Shown: in pieces, positions 30,895-40,443 of the stretch
Layout of the letters: every line of letters starts with the position of its first letter
Position numbering within the stretch: position 1 is the stretch's first letter
DNA from: Candidatus Moraniibacteriota bacterium
Lineage (GTDB): Bacteria; Patescibacteriota; Minisyncoccia; Moranbacterales; UBA1568
DNA length: 64,000 nucleotides
Assembly (NCBI GenBank): GCA_037201605.1
Contig: JBBCGM010000002.1
Location: 144,697-208,696 of the forward strand
Reading direction: 5' to 3'
Made by a program: the position numbers and the translations under genes
Notes under the pieces: generated by a model
The model's input: the letters and a program-made list of their open reading frames with translations, nothing else
What the model was told of the DNA's origin: nothing
Databases searched by the model: none

Positions 30895-31788
30895 TTATCG
30901 AGTACCCTCCGGAGTCCCGTAGCGGGTAAAGCCCATGTCGTCTAGAAGGATTTGCAAGTTTTCTTTGGCGGATTTGGAAACATCCTTAAGCGCCTTGCGA
31001 TGGGCTAAACGCTCTTCGGCTGCCTGGATAGAAGCTTTGAACTCGGTCATCTGGTCATAGACGAAATACGGGACGAGGTCGCGCTGCCAATAGGCCTTCT
31101 GCCCCTTGGCAAAATCTACCTGCATGGCACTCCAACCCAAGACTTCCGCATAGAGCTTCTCGGCCTGAGCGTCACTGAGAGTCTTGAGCGCCGGGAGCAT
31201 ATTATCTTCGCAGAATACCTGATCGCCATCGCGCAGGAACTTCTCCGTATCATAGCCCGCCGAACCGATGTCGGCCGCGGCGACCGCCCAAGCAATATCG
31301 GGCGAGTAGCGACCGAGGCGCGGCTGGATAATGGTTTTGAGATTTAAATCCCATTCGGGAATAGTGGCAAGCACCGCATCCTGGAACTTTTTCCTGCCGT
31401 TAGACTCCAGGTTGGCGCCCTCTTCTTCGAGCAGGTCGAGTCCGTGAACGGCGCTTTTTTCTTCAATAACTACGGTTTCCCGAATGCGTTTCCAGCCGAT
31501 GCCCCGAATATTGGGCTTCCATTTGAAATCCTGAAAGGCATCGTGTCCGAGGCCTGCGGTTTCCGCCAACAAGCGATCCTCATCCGTTGCGATTTGAGAC
31601 TTCTCTAAAAACCGGAGCGCCCACTCGGCTACCCCCTCGCTATGCTCGGGATTATGGTAATCCCAGTCTTCACCGTACTTTTCGTGGAGCTCGGCCCGCA
31701 AGCGGGCATTGACCCTCTGACAGGCAGATTCGAGAGTATTTTCGGGATTCTGGGGAGTCTCTTGCGGCGGCACTTCGAAATTCGGCAT
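30895..31788 (-). CDS. Hypothetical protein (possible HD-like metal-dependent hydrolase)
   Basis: Intact 297-aa ORF with HNPEHSEGVAEW and AGLGHDAFQD. The assignment is weak. Confidence 0.35.
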   Translation of the reverse strand: MPNFEVPPQETPQNPENTLESACQRVNARLRAELHEKYGEDWDYHNPEHSEGVAEWALRFLEKSQIATDEDRLLAETAGLGHDAFQDFKWKPNIRGIGWKRIRETVVIEEKSAVHGLDLLEEEGANLESNGRKKFQDAVLATIPEWDLNLKTIIQPRLGRYSPDIAWAVAAADIGSAGYDTEKFLRDGDQVFCEDNMLPALKTLSDAQAEKLYAEVLGWSAMQVDFAKGQKAYWQRDLVPYFVYDQMTEFKASIQAAEERLAHRKALKDVSKSAKENLQILLDDMGFTRYGTPEGTR

Positions 31789-31828
31789 AGGTCGGGAATT
31801 ACGGGTTTTTCGGAGAAACTAACGAGGC

Positions 31829-32446
31829 TTAGGCTTTGAGCGGACTTTCTTTCAGTATCTTGGCGTAGTGCATGAGGCCCTTGGCCGTGGCTTCGGCCAT
31901 ATGGGCAACAGCCGGATTCTTGAGGCGGCGTTCGCGATCGGTTGCCGGATCGAGGCCCACCTCCCCCTACCCAGTACGCGCAGCACTGCGGCGGGAGCGT
32001 GAAGTTCATAAAAGAAAGCGTTTCCATGATAGAAGCCATGACGGCCTGCGCCCCGTCTTCGCTTCCGGTAATGACGATGCCGGCTACCTTGTTGAGAAGC
32101 GCTGCGCGCCCCTCAGGCACCGTGCCCTCATCGAAAGCGTCCATGCGTTCGATGGCGCGCTGCATAAGGCTGGAACGTCCGCCCCCACCAGATAGGCGTG
32201 GCGAAGATAACGATGTCTGACGCGACCATTTTCTCCACCACCCTGAGGCCATTCGTCCGTCTCGCTCTCCTTATAGCCGAGGCCCACCGGAATATCCATG
32301 TCTGAGAGACGAAGCGTCTCGGCCTCAATTGCGCCGATGGCTTTCATCTTTTCCAGCACGAGATTCGTCACCTCTTCGGTATTAGAAAGATTGGGCCCGT
32401 GCTTGAGCGAAGCGTTTAAGACCAGGACTTTGAAAGGAGTACTCAT
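31829..32446 (-). CDS. Flavodoxin-like NAD(P)H-dependent FMN reductase (frame breaks)
   Basis: MSTPFKVLVLNASLKHGPNLSNTEEV…, DIVIFATPIWWGR…, AGIVITGSEDGAQ. The corrected tail ends at the TAA complement at 31829-31831. Confidence 0.6.
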
Positions 32447-32465
32447 AGGTAGGCGTTAGGCTTTA

Positions 32466-33353
32466 TTATCCCCCCTGGTAGGCAGCATTTAGAGTAGCCA
32501 GGTCGAACTTTTTCATGGCGAGAAACGCCTTGGGTGACGCGCTCGATCTGCTCGGGCGTGCCGTTTTGCCATCATGTCGTTCATGGCGCTCGGAGTGATC
32601 TGCCAGGAAAGGCCGAATTTGTCCTTCAGCCAGCCGCACTGCTCGGCTTCGGGTACAGCAGAGAGCTTTTCCCAGTAGTAGATCAATCTCCTCCTGGGTA
32701 TCGCAGGACACGATCAGGGAAACCGCTTCGTTAAAGATGAAATCATGCCGCTGTGCGCTATCCATCGCCACAAACTGCTGGCCGTTTAAGACGAACAGGG
32801 CGTGCGCGAGCGTGCCGTCTTTGTCCGGCGGCTGGTTCTCGTAACGGAAGAGGCTCTCGACTTTTGAATCCTTGAAAATCGAGATGTAGAAATTGATGGC
32901 TTCCTCCGCGTGTCCGGCCCCGTCACCGGTAAACATGAGGGATGGCGTAATGGATTGGCCCGGCACTCCCTCGGCGGAGACAATGACCTGCCAGGAAACG
33001 CCGTACTTGTCCTGGGACCCAGCCGTAATGCTCGCTGAAAGGGATACTTGTCGAGCGGCATGAGCGCTTTGCCGCCATCAATGAGTTTTTCCCACAATGC
33101 ATCGACTTCCTCTTTCGTGCTGCAGGAGACAGTAAAAGAGATGGACGGATTGATCTTGAAATAGGGGGCCGGCGCTTATGGCCATGAACGGATGGCCGAG
33201 AAGCTCGAACGAGACCATGTCGGCATCGCCCGAGGGCGTGTCGTGGAGGGTGGAGCTGTGCGTGATTTTGCCATCGCCGAAAGCCGCCACGTAAAAGTCG
33301 GCTGCTTCTTTGGCCTCCTTGTCGAACCAGAGATGGGGAATGATGGGATGCAT
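32466..33353 (-). CDS. Two-domain VOC-fold protein, PhnB / 3-demethylubiquinone-9 3-methyltransferase-domain type (frame breaks)
   Basis: [25 protein letters not shown]…, KYGVSWQV…, [26 protein letters not shown]…, DKFGLSWQI. The domain is duplicated. Confidence 0.6.
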
Positions 33354-33358
33354 AGGGA

Positions 33359-33810
33359 TTATTGGCTTACGAAATTCGGGTCGACTGGCTGACTGGGGTT
33401 CTCGGGGATTTGGGATGCATCGATATAGAAGGATTCCCAGATATGGCCGTCGACGTCTTGGAAAGCCCGGCTGTACATCCAGCCGTAGTCCTGCTTGGTA
33501 CGGTATTCGCTGCCGCCAAGCGAGATAACGTTGTCTATCATCTCATCCACCTCTGCCCGGCTGCCGACCGCAAGAGCGTTCAGCACTTCTGCCGTTGTGC
33601 TGGTGTCCGATGGCGCCTTGCCGGGAATGAAGGCTTGGAAGGATTTGGGCATGATGAGCATGGCAAAAATGTTCTCCCCCAGAACCAGACAGGCAGCCTT
33701 CTCGTCGGTAAACTGCTCATTGAAGGAGAAGCCTAAGCCCCGAAAGAAGGCCTCTGCTCCTCTCCAAGTCCCCTAACGCAGAGATTAACGAAGATTTGCG
33801 ATACGGGCAT
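33359..33810 (-). CDS. VOC (glyoxalase/bleomycin-resistance) family protein (frame break ~33740)
   Basis: [12 protein letters not shown]…[40 protein letters not shown]…DGHIWE. Confidence 0.55.
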
Positions 33811-33823
33811 AGAAAAAGATTAC

Positions 33824-34206
33824 TTATCCAATCCCCTCTTCCTGTTCGGCTTCTGCCTTGGTGTGATGGACCGTGCCGGGCGCGTGCTCGGCCGGAGCAT
33901 AGAGGGTGTAGAAACTTGAGCAACTCTTCGCCCGTGTTTATGACGTTGTGCTCGGTACCGGCGGGCACGATAGCCGCAAAGTCAGGCCCGAGCTCGCTTG
34001 CTTCGCCGTCCATGATGATCTTGGCCGTTCCCTGCTCGATACGGAAAAATTGATCGTGGGTATCATGCTTATTCAAGACCGACTTCTTCGCCGGGCTTGA
34101 GCGTCATGACGACGAGCTGGAGAATGCGGACCGGTAAAGAGTACTTCGCGAAAATCCTCGTTTGCGAGCGTTTGCTCTTCGATGTTGCCGACGTACCCTT
34201 TCATAT
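33824..34206 (-). CDS. Cupin-domain protein (multiple frame breaks)
   Basis: YVGNIEEQTLANEDFREVLFTG…QLVVMTLKPGEEVGLE…HDTHDQFFRIEQGTAKIIMDGE…VPAGTEHNVINTG. Confidence 0.5.
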
Positions 34207-34225
34207 GTGTAATGCGTTTACTGAT

Positions 34226-34667
34226 TTATTTCTTCTTGGCTGCTTTCTTGGAAGTTTTCTTGGCAGGCGCTTTTTTAGCAGCTTTCTTGGCAGGCTTTTT
34301 GGCTTTGGAGTAGTCGTACCAAACAGCTTCAATGTTGTTACCGTCGGTGTCGAGCACAAAAGCGGCATAGTAGCCCGGCCAGTAGTCCTTGCGATAACCC
34401 GGCTTGCCGTTGTCCTTGCCTCCTGACGCAATAGCGAGCTTGTAGAACTTCTGGACTGCTGCGCGGTCCTTGGCCACAAAGGCAATGTGGGACGGCACCA
34501 TTTTCTTTTCGCCTACGATCCAAAAGCTGGTCGCTCTGCCCTCCATGAAACCGGCTGCTTCGCCGAATTCCATTTCCAGGTGGGTAGCCGACGGAGGAGA
34601 GCACTTTCTGATAGAAATCCTTGGCTTTCTGGTAGTTTTTTACGAAGAGTCCCGTGTGCGCAATCAT
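34226..34667 (-). CDS. VOC-family protein with a Lys/Ala-rich basic C-terminal tail (frame break ~34575)
   Basis: MIAHTGLFVKNYQKAKDFYQKVL… /HIAFVAKDRAAVQKFY…DTDGNNIEAVWYD. The tail is KAKKPAKKAAKKAPAKKTSKKAAKKK. Confidence 0.55.
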
Positions 34668-34717
34668 ACGCGTTTCATTAAGAAGTATTAGCCTCTCCAG
34701 TATACTCCCTTTTCGGC

Positions 34718-35183
34718 TTTTAGAGAGAAAGCGGTTTGACCGGGCTGAGGATGGCTTTGGGGTCGGTTTTCCAGATATCGGAAACATCGGCATAAAGCTC
34801 GAGCTCGTTCCCATCCGGATCGAGGATATAGATGCTGTGGGGTGACGGGTATGGTCGCCCGTCCCGACGATGGTAACGCCCTTCTCGAGCAGTTCCCGAT
34901 AAGCGTCTTTGCCGCCTGGGGACCGTCGCCTATTTTGAAACCGATGTGGTAGAGGCGGGCCGGGCGCCGTGACGCGACTCGGGTGCGCCACCCGTCTCGA
35001 TCAGGAGAAGTTCGTGATGAGCGCGGCCGGAAGAAAAAAGCGCCGTGTGCGCATCGCGGCTGATTTCGGCATGTGCGCATCGCGGCTGATTTCGGCAAAA
35101 CCCAGAGTATCGCGGTAAAAATCCGCCATGACGGAGAGGTTGCTGACAAACAAAACAACGTGGCCGAGTTCTTGGATGCGCAT
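34718..35183 (-). CDS. VOC-family protein disrupted by a 26-bp tandem duplication
   Basis: MRIQELGHVVLFVSNLSVMADFYRDTLGFAEISRDAH…, HIGFKIGDG…, GDH…LDPDGNELELY. Confidence 0.5.
35047..35098. repeat. Perfect-core 26-bp tandem duplication inside the VOC gene
   Basis: GTGCGCATCGCGGCTGATTTCGGCAT (35047-35072) is followed by GTGCGCATCGCGGCTGATTTCGGCAA (35073-35098). Confidence 0.9.
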
Positions 35184-35192
35184 ACAAGAAAG

Positions 35193-35765
35193 TTACATGT
35201 TCATATTAGCATTCGATTGTGGGTGCTCGAAAGCGGTGAGCTTGCGGCGGCGCAGAGCGTAGTCGGGAAGCGCGCGTTCCACCAATTTCCAAAAACGGCG
35301 CGAATGGTCGAGAGCCTCGAGATGGCAGAGCTCGTGGACGATGACGTAGTCGGCAAGCGAGGGCGGCAGATCGATAAGCCGGTAGTTGAAAGAGAGATTG
35401 CCCGCAGGCGAGCAGCTCCCCCAAAGCGTTTTCTGGCACGGATAGTGACCCGGCCCCCAGCGAAAATTGTACAGGCGGTTAAAATACGCGAGACGCGTTT
35501 CGACCAGGACACGGGCCCGCTCTTTGGCTTCTTCGAGCGCTTTGCCGGAAAGAACGGGTTCGGATGCGGGTACACGCTTCATCTCCCTATAACAGCGCAC
35601 CAGCCAGGCATGACGTTCCGTGAGAAAGCGCTTGAGGCTCCGATCACTCGCGCTCCGCGGACCGGAAAGGGTGATGCGGCCCCCGGCCGAGACGGTCAGG
35701 CGCAAATGGCGCGACTGGCGGCTCCGGCGCACGCGCACGGTTACCGGACTCCCCTCAAGCATCAC
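35193..35765 (-). CDS. YgjP-like (DUF45 / M48-type) zinc metallopeptidase
   Basis: Intact 190-aa ORF with YVIVHELCHLEALDHSRRFW. Confidence 0.7.
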   Translation of the reverse strand: MMLEGSPVTVRVRRSRQSRHLRLTVSAGGRITLSGPRSASDRSLKRFLTERHAWLVRCYREMKRVPASEPVLSGKALEEAKERARVLVETRLAYFNRLYNFRWGPGHYPCQKTLWGSCSPAGNLSFNYRLIDLPPSLADYVIVHELCHLEALDHSRRFWKLVERALPDYALRRRKLTAFEHPQSNANMNM

Positions 35766-35893
35766 TTCGAAGGTTTTTGGGCGGGCGGGCTTGCGGGGAG
35801 AAGACTTGGAACGGGATAAAAAAGGAAAGCATACGAAGAAGAAAAGGAACCTTTATTGTACCAACGGGAGGGTTGTCTGTATACTGCAAGCAT

Positions 35894-36371
35894 ATGTCTC
35901 CCAAAAAGAAAGCCCCGCCTCTCCAAGAGCCTGTCCTGGAACGGGTTGGCCTTTGCCGCAACGCGCCAAGTGGGTTCGCTTTGGTCCATTGCGCTCCACA
36001 CCGTTTTTTTCGTGGGCATTTTCGCACTTTCTTTTGCCGGCTTTTCGCTCGACCAGATTCTTCTCATCCTAACGACCGCGGTCTCGCTGGAAGCCATTTA
36101 CCTGGCCATCTTCATCCAGATGAGCGTCAACCGCCAAGCCGTCCAGATTGCCGAAGTGAGCGAAGAGGTGGAAGAAATTTCGGAAGACGTGGAGGAAATT
36201 TCCAAAGACATCGATGAGATCCAAGAAGAGGTGGAAGACCTGGGCGAAGAGATCGAACGCGACGACCAAGAGGATGCCAAAGAGCATGCCGACAACGTAG
36301 AGCGCATCGCCAAAATCGAGGACATGCTGGGACAGCTCTTGGGCGAAGTCAAAAATCTGAAAGGTAAATAA
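35894..36371 (+). CDS. DUF1003-like membrane protein with an acidic coiled-coil tail (frame break ~35950)
   Basis: Two TM helices, SLEAIYLAIFIQMSVNRQ, then EVSEEVEEISEDVEEISKDIDEIQEEVEDL. Confidence 0.45.
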
Positions 36372-36393
36372 AAAGGACCCTTCCGAAGAAGGA

Positions 36394-36798
36394 TCATTTC
36401 GATTCAAACGCCGGACGAAGTTTCGCCTGGCGGTCTTTTTTTCTCGTGAGCGTGTATTCTTTGAGACGGCAGACATTGAACACTTTGGTCTCGATCGACA
36501 GGCCGTCCACATACTGCACCCGAAGAAAGTAATCGCAACCCCTTTTTTTCTTTTCCCTGTCTTTCGGCACCCAGAAGGGCCGTCCGGATTGACTTGGGAG
36601 AAAAAGTGAATAGCTCAAAACCGGCTTGTCACTACCGGCTGGCACTATCTCCACCAAAGAGACAACGGCAGGCGTGTCGTTGTAGAGGTAGAGGCTATGG
36701 GAAGCTCGTGGTAACGTCTCAGACTTCTCGGACTGCCCATGAGAGATGAGCGAGCCAAGGATGGAAAATGCAACGAGTTTCTGTTGAAGGCTATACAT
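36394..36798 (-). CDS. Small secreted hypothetical protein
   Basis: 134-aa ORF with a signal-like N-terminus (MYSLQQKLVAFSILGSLISHG). Confidence 0.4.
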   Translation of the reverse strand: MYSLQQKLVAFSILGSLISHGQSEKSETLPRASHSLYLYNDTPAVVSLVEIVPAGSDKPVLSYSLFLPSQSGRPFWVPKDREKKKRGCDYFLRVQYVDGLSIETKVFNVCRLKEYTLTRKKDRQAKLRPAFESK

Positions 36799-36856
36799 GA
36801 TACACCTCCGCTATGAGAACGAACTGTCTCAAAAGTAGTCCTCCATCCCGCAATTG

Positions 36857-37429
36857 TCAAAATGGCCTTGGGATGCGGAACTTGCGCAGCACGGCAGCGG
36901 CAAAAAGAGCGAACACGACGAGGGCCACTACGCCGAAGGCGGTGTATTCAAAGTAGCGATCAAGCTGCTGGTAGGTCTCGCCGAAATAGTAGCCCAGAAT
37001 AAGGAGAATGGTCGCAAGCGGCACTTGGGCCAGGGCGTTGTAGGCGAGGAAGCGCGGATACGGGTAGCGGGCGGCGCCTGCCGCCAGGAGCGCGACCGAG
37101 CCTACAGCATGCGAGATCTTGCCGATAACCAAAGACAATCCGGCATGGTCAAAAAAATGCTCTTCCAGACGGCGCAGGCGCTCTTCGGTCGCTCCGAGGC
37201 GACGGAAAAGCCAGGAATCGCTGAATTTGCGCCCCGAACGGCCCACGAGATAGAGAAAGGTGCTGCCGCAGATATCGGCGAGGATGACAGTGACCAGAGC
37301 AGCCCAGAAATGGAGCACTCCGAGCGAAACCAGGAAGCCTGCGATGATGGTCACCGTGGGCCCTTCGACTGCGGCCACCGGAAGCAAGATCAGGTAGCGA
37401 TAGTGTTGGAGCAGATCCACGAGGTCCAT
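36857..37429 (-). CDS. DedA-family membrane protein
   Basis: Intact 190-aa ORF with LLPVAAVEGPTVTIIAGFL and multiple TM helices. Confidence 0.65.
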   Translation of the reverse strand: MDLVDLLQHYRYLILLPVAAVEGPTVTIIAGFLVSLGVLHFWAALVTVILADICGSTFLYLVGRSGRKFSDSWLFRRLGATEERLRRLEEHFFDHAGLSLVIGKISHAVGSVALLAAGAARYPYPRFLAYNALAQVPLATILLILGYYFGETYQQLDRYFEYTAFGVVALVVFALFAAAVLRKFRIPRPF

Positions 37430-37438
37430 GGCGATGTT

Positions 37439-40038
37439 TTAGCGTTCGAGCACTTTTTTCAGATAGCGCGCGGTGTGAGAACCGGCTTTTTTCGAAACGG
37501 CTTCGGGCGTACCGACAGCTACCACCTTGCCGCCCGCCGTGCCCCCTTCGGGGCCGATATCGATAATATAATCCGCGCTCTTGATCAGGTCCATGTTGTG
37601 TTCGATGACGAGCACGGTATTGCCCTTCACGACCAGGCGTTCCAGAATTTCGATAAGCTTCTTGACGTCTTCGTAGTGCAAACCGATAGTCGGTTCGTCG
37701 AGGAGGTAGATGGTGCGCGCGACGTGCTGGCGGTAGAGCTCGGACGCAATCTTGACCCTCTGGGCTTCGCCGCCGGAAAGCGTGGTGGCGGATTGCCCCA
37801 GCTTCAGATAGCCCAAGCCCACTTCATTGAGTGTTTTGAGGCGATCGGCGACCGCGGGAATATCCGCAAAGAACGAAAAGCCTTCCTCGATAGTCATGTC
37901 GAGCACTTGGGCGATATTCTTGTGCTTGTAACGGACTTCGAGCGTCTCCTTGGCGAAGCGCTTGCCGTCGCACACGTCGCAGGGCACGTAGACGGTGGGA
38001 AGAAAGTGCATTTCAACGGCGATAAACCCGTTACCTTCGCAGGTTTCGCAGCGCCCGCCGGGACGGTTGAATGAGAAGCGGCCCGGCTTCCAGCCGCGCA
38101 CGCGGGCTTCTTCGGTCGAGGCAAAGAGATCGCGGACATGCGTCCAAGCGCCGGTGTAGGTAGCCGGATTGGATCGCGGCGTGCGGCCGATCGGACTCTG
38201 ATCGATCAGCACCACGCGCGAGAGGTATTCGGTGCCGGTAAAGGATTCGCAATTCACTACCTTGTTTGATTTGTAGCGGCGATCGAAACGGTTCTGGAGG
38301 TTCTTGTGGACGATTTCGTAAAGAAGGGTGGATTTGCCGCTGCCGGAGACGCCTGTGATCACGTTAAAGCGGCCGAGCGGAATCTCGACGTTGAGGTCTT
38401 TGATATTGAACAGACGCCCGCCCTTGATCTTGAGACTCCCCTTTTCCTTGGTGCGCCGCGTTTCGGGAACGGGAATTTTTTCCTCGCCGCGCAGGTAGGC
38501 AAGCGTGAGAGAATCGGACGGATTCTTGGGCGCGGTCAGGAGATCGTCAAGGTAGCCGGAAACGACTATTTCGCCGCCATGGACTCCTGCGCCCGGGCCG
38601 ATATCGACGATATAGTCGGAAGCGTAAATGGTGTCCTCATCGTGCTCGACAATGATAATCGTATTGCCGAGGTCGCGAAGGCTTCGAGCGTCTTGATGAG
38701 GCGGTCATTATCGCGCTGATGCAGACCGACCGTCGGTTCGTCCAAAACATAGAGCGCGCCGACGAGCTGGCTTCCCAGCTGGCTCGCAAGTCTAATGCGC
38801 TGGGCCTCGCCGCCCGAGAGCGTATTGGCCCTTCGGTCGAGCGACAGGTAGTTGAGGCCGACGTTGAGCAAAAACGAGAGGCGGGCTCCGATTTCGCGCA
38901 CCACGACCGCCGCGATCTGCTTCTCGCGAGCAGTCAGTTTCAGGCCGTCTATAAACTTCTGCGCGTCCTCGATGGTCAGAGCTGCGATCTGGACGATATT
39001 CTTACCGCCGATTTTGACATGGAGCGCTTCTTCGCGCAGGCGCGAACCCAAACAGACATCGCAGGGCTCGTCTCCGAAGAAGTGTTTGGTTCCCAGGCCG
39101 TTACAGGCCGGGCAGGCGCCGTAAGGCGAGTTGAAAGAGAAGAGACGAGGCTCGACTTCCGGATAGGAAAAACCGTCATACGGACAGGAGAACTTGGAAG
39201 AGAGCAGGAATGACTCCGCACCGATGAGGACCTTGACCAGTCCTTCGCTTTCTTCGAGGGCCCGTTCAACGGCTTCGCTCAGGCGCTCACGCGAGGTATC
39301 GGGAAACTTCTCGAATTCAACGAGTGGTACTTCGTCGACAATAAAGTCGATGTCGTGCTTTTTGTTCTTGGAAAGGATGACTTGCTGGCGCAGGCTCTTG
39401 CGCTCGCCGTCGAGAAAGATCTCGGCAAAGCCGCGCGTCAGAGCATTGTAGAGCATCTGGTAATACTCGCCTTTGCGGCCGCGCACCACCGGAGCAGTGA
39501 TAATAAGATGATCGTTCTTCTTGCGGTTCTTTAACCCTTCGGCGACCTTGGACGAGACGATCTGGAGCATTTCTTCGGGCGAGAGGCGTTCGATCTCGCG
39601 TCCGCAGATAAGGCAGTGCGGACGGCCCAGACGCGCAAAGAAAACACGCAGGTAATCATAGATCTCGGTTACGGTAGCCACCGTCGAGCGCGGGTTGCGG
39701 CTCGCCGATTTCTGGTCGATGGAAATGGCAGGCGACAGACCGCTGATCTCATCCACCTCCGGCTTCTGCATAGTATTGAGAAACTGGCGGGCGTAGGCGG
39801 AAAGCGATTCGACATAGCGGCGCTGGCCTTCGGCAAAAATGGTATCAAAAGCCAGGGAAGATTTGCCGCTCCCGGAAAGCCCCGTAAAGACCACCATCTT
39901 GTTGCGAGGCATCTCGACGGTGACGTTTTTGAGGTTATGGGTACGAGCGCCCTTCACCACAATCCATTCGGAGGGTGAAATACGGTCGTGCTTATTTTTA
40001 CGCGTCTTTTCTTTCACAGTGAAAAAGCTAACTGGCAA
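37439..40038 (-). CDS. uvrA: Excinuclease ABC subunit A (frame breaks between ~38360 and ~38670)
   Basis: GARTHNLKNV…FTGLSGSGKSSLAFDTIFAEGQRRYVESLSAYARQFL, LSGGEAQRIRLA, a second Walker A ITGVSGSGKSTL, and LSGGEAQRVKIA…LDEPTIGLH. Confidence 0.9.
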
Positions 40039-40105
40039 TTGTTCATTTTACCCTAAAACGCTCTCTTCTTCAGAGAGCCTGCTAACGTACCAAGGAAAGA
40101 CGGTT

Positions 40106-40402
40106 CTATTCATCGGAAGGGACACTCTCATCCTCCTCTTCTTCGGGCTGGGCGGTGGCGCCGTCCTGTGAAGCGCCCTGCTCAGAAGTGGAAAGATCAT
40201 CGATGTTGTCAGGTACCGGCTGAGGACTCTCGGCTTCCGGGCTCTTGAGACCGGTCTGCATGTCGGCTTCATGTTGGATAAGCGGCCGGCCGTGGTGATG
40301 GCCGGTAAGGGCTTGATAGAACATGAGGAGAACGGCAAAAGCCGTCAAGATACCGATGGTCCAGCGGAGCAGCCGTTCCCGTCCTTCATTTTGACTTGCC
40401 AT
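40106..40402 (-). CDS. Small membrane-anchored acidic protein
   Basis: 98-aa ORF with one TM (WTIGILTAFAVLLMFY) and an acidic tail. Confidence 0.35.
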   Translation of the reverse strand: MASQNEGRERLLRWTIGILTAFAVLLMFYQALTGHHHGRPLIQHEADMQTGLKSPEAESPQPVPDNIDDLSTSEQGASQDGATAQPEEEEDESVPSDE

Positions 40403-40443
40403 AGAAAGCCCGATAAAAGTTCGCCTTTAGTATAGCGGAAAAA

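Noticed and set aside
36854-38074. 406-aa + ORF across the DedA and uvrA regions; similar long antisense ORFs at 45068..46087, 49049..49909, 43224..43775, 40618..41478 and 11896..12966
   Set aside because: Each lies opposite a gene with unmistakable motifs (uvrA, matrixin, the fibre protein, DEAD-box helicase, uvrB, infB). Their translations lack any motif and are compositionally biased.
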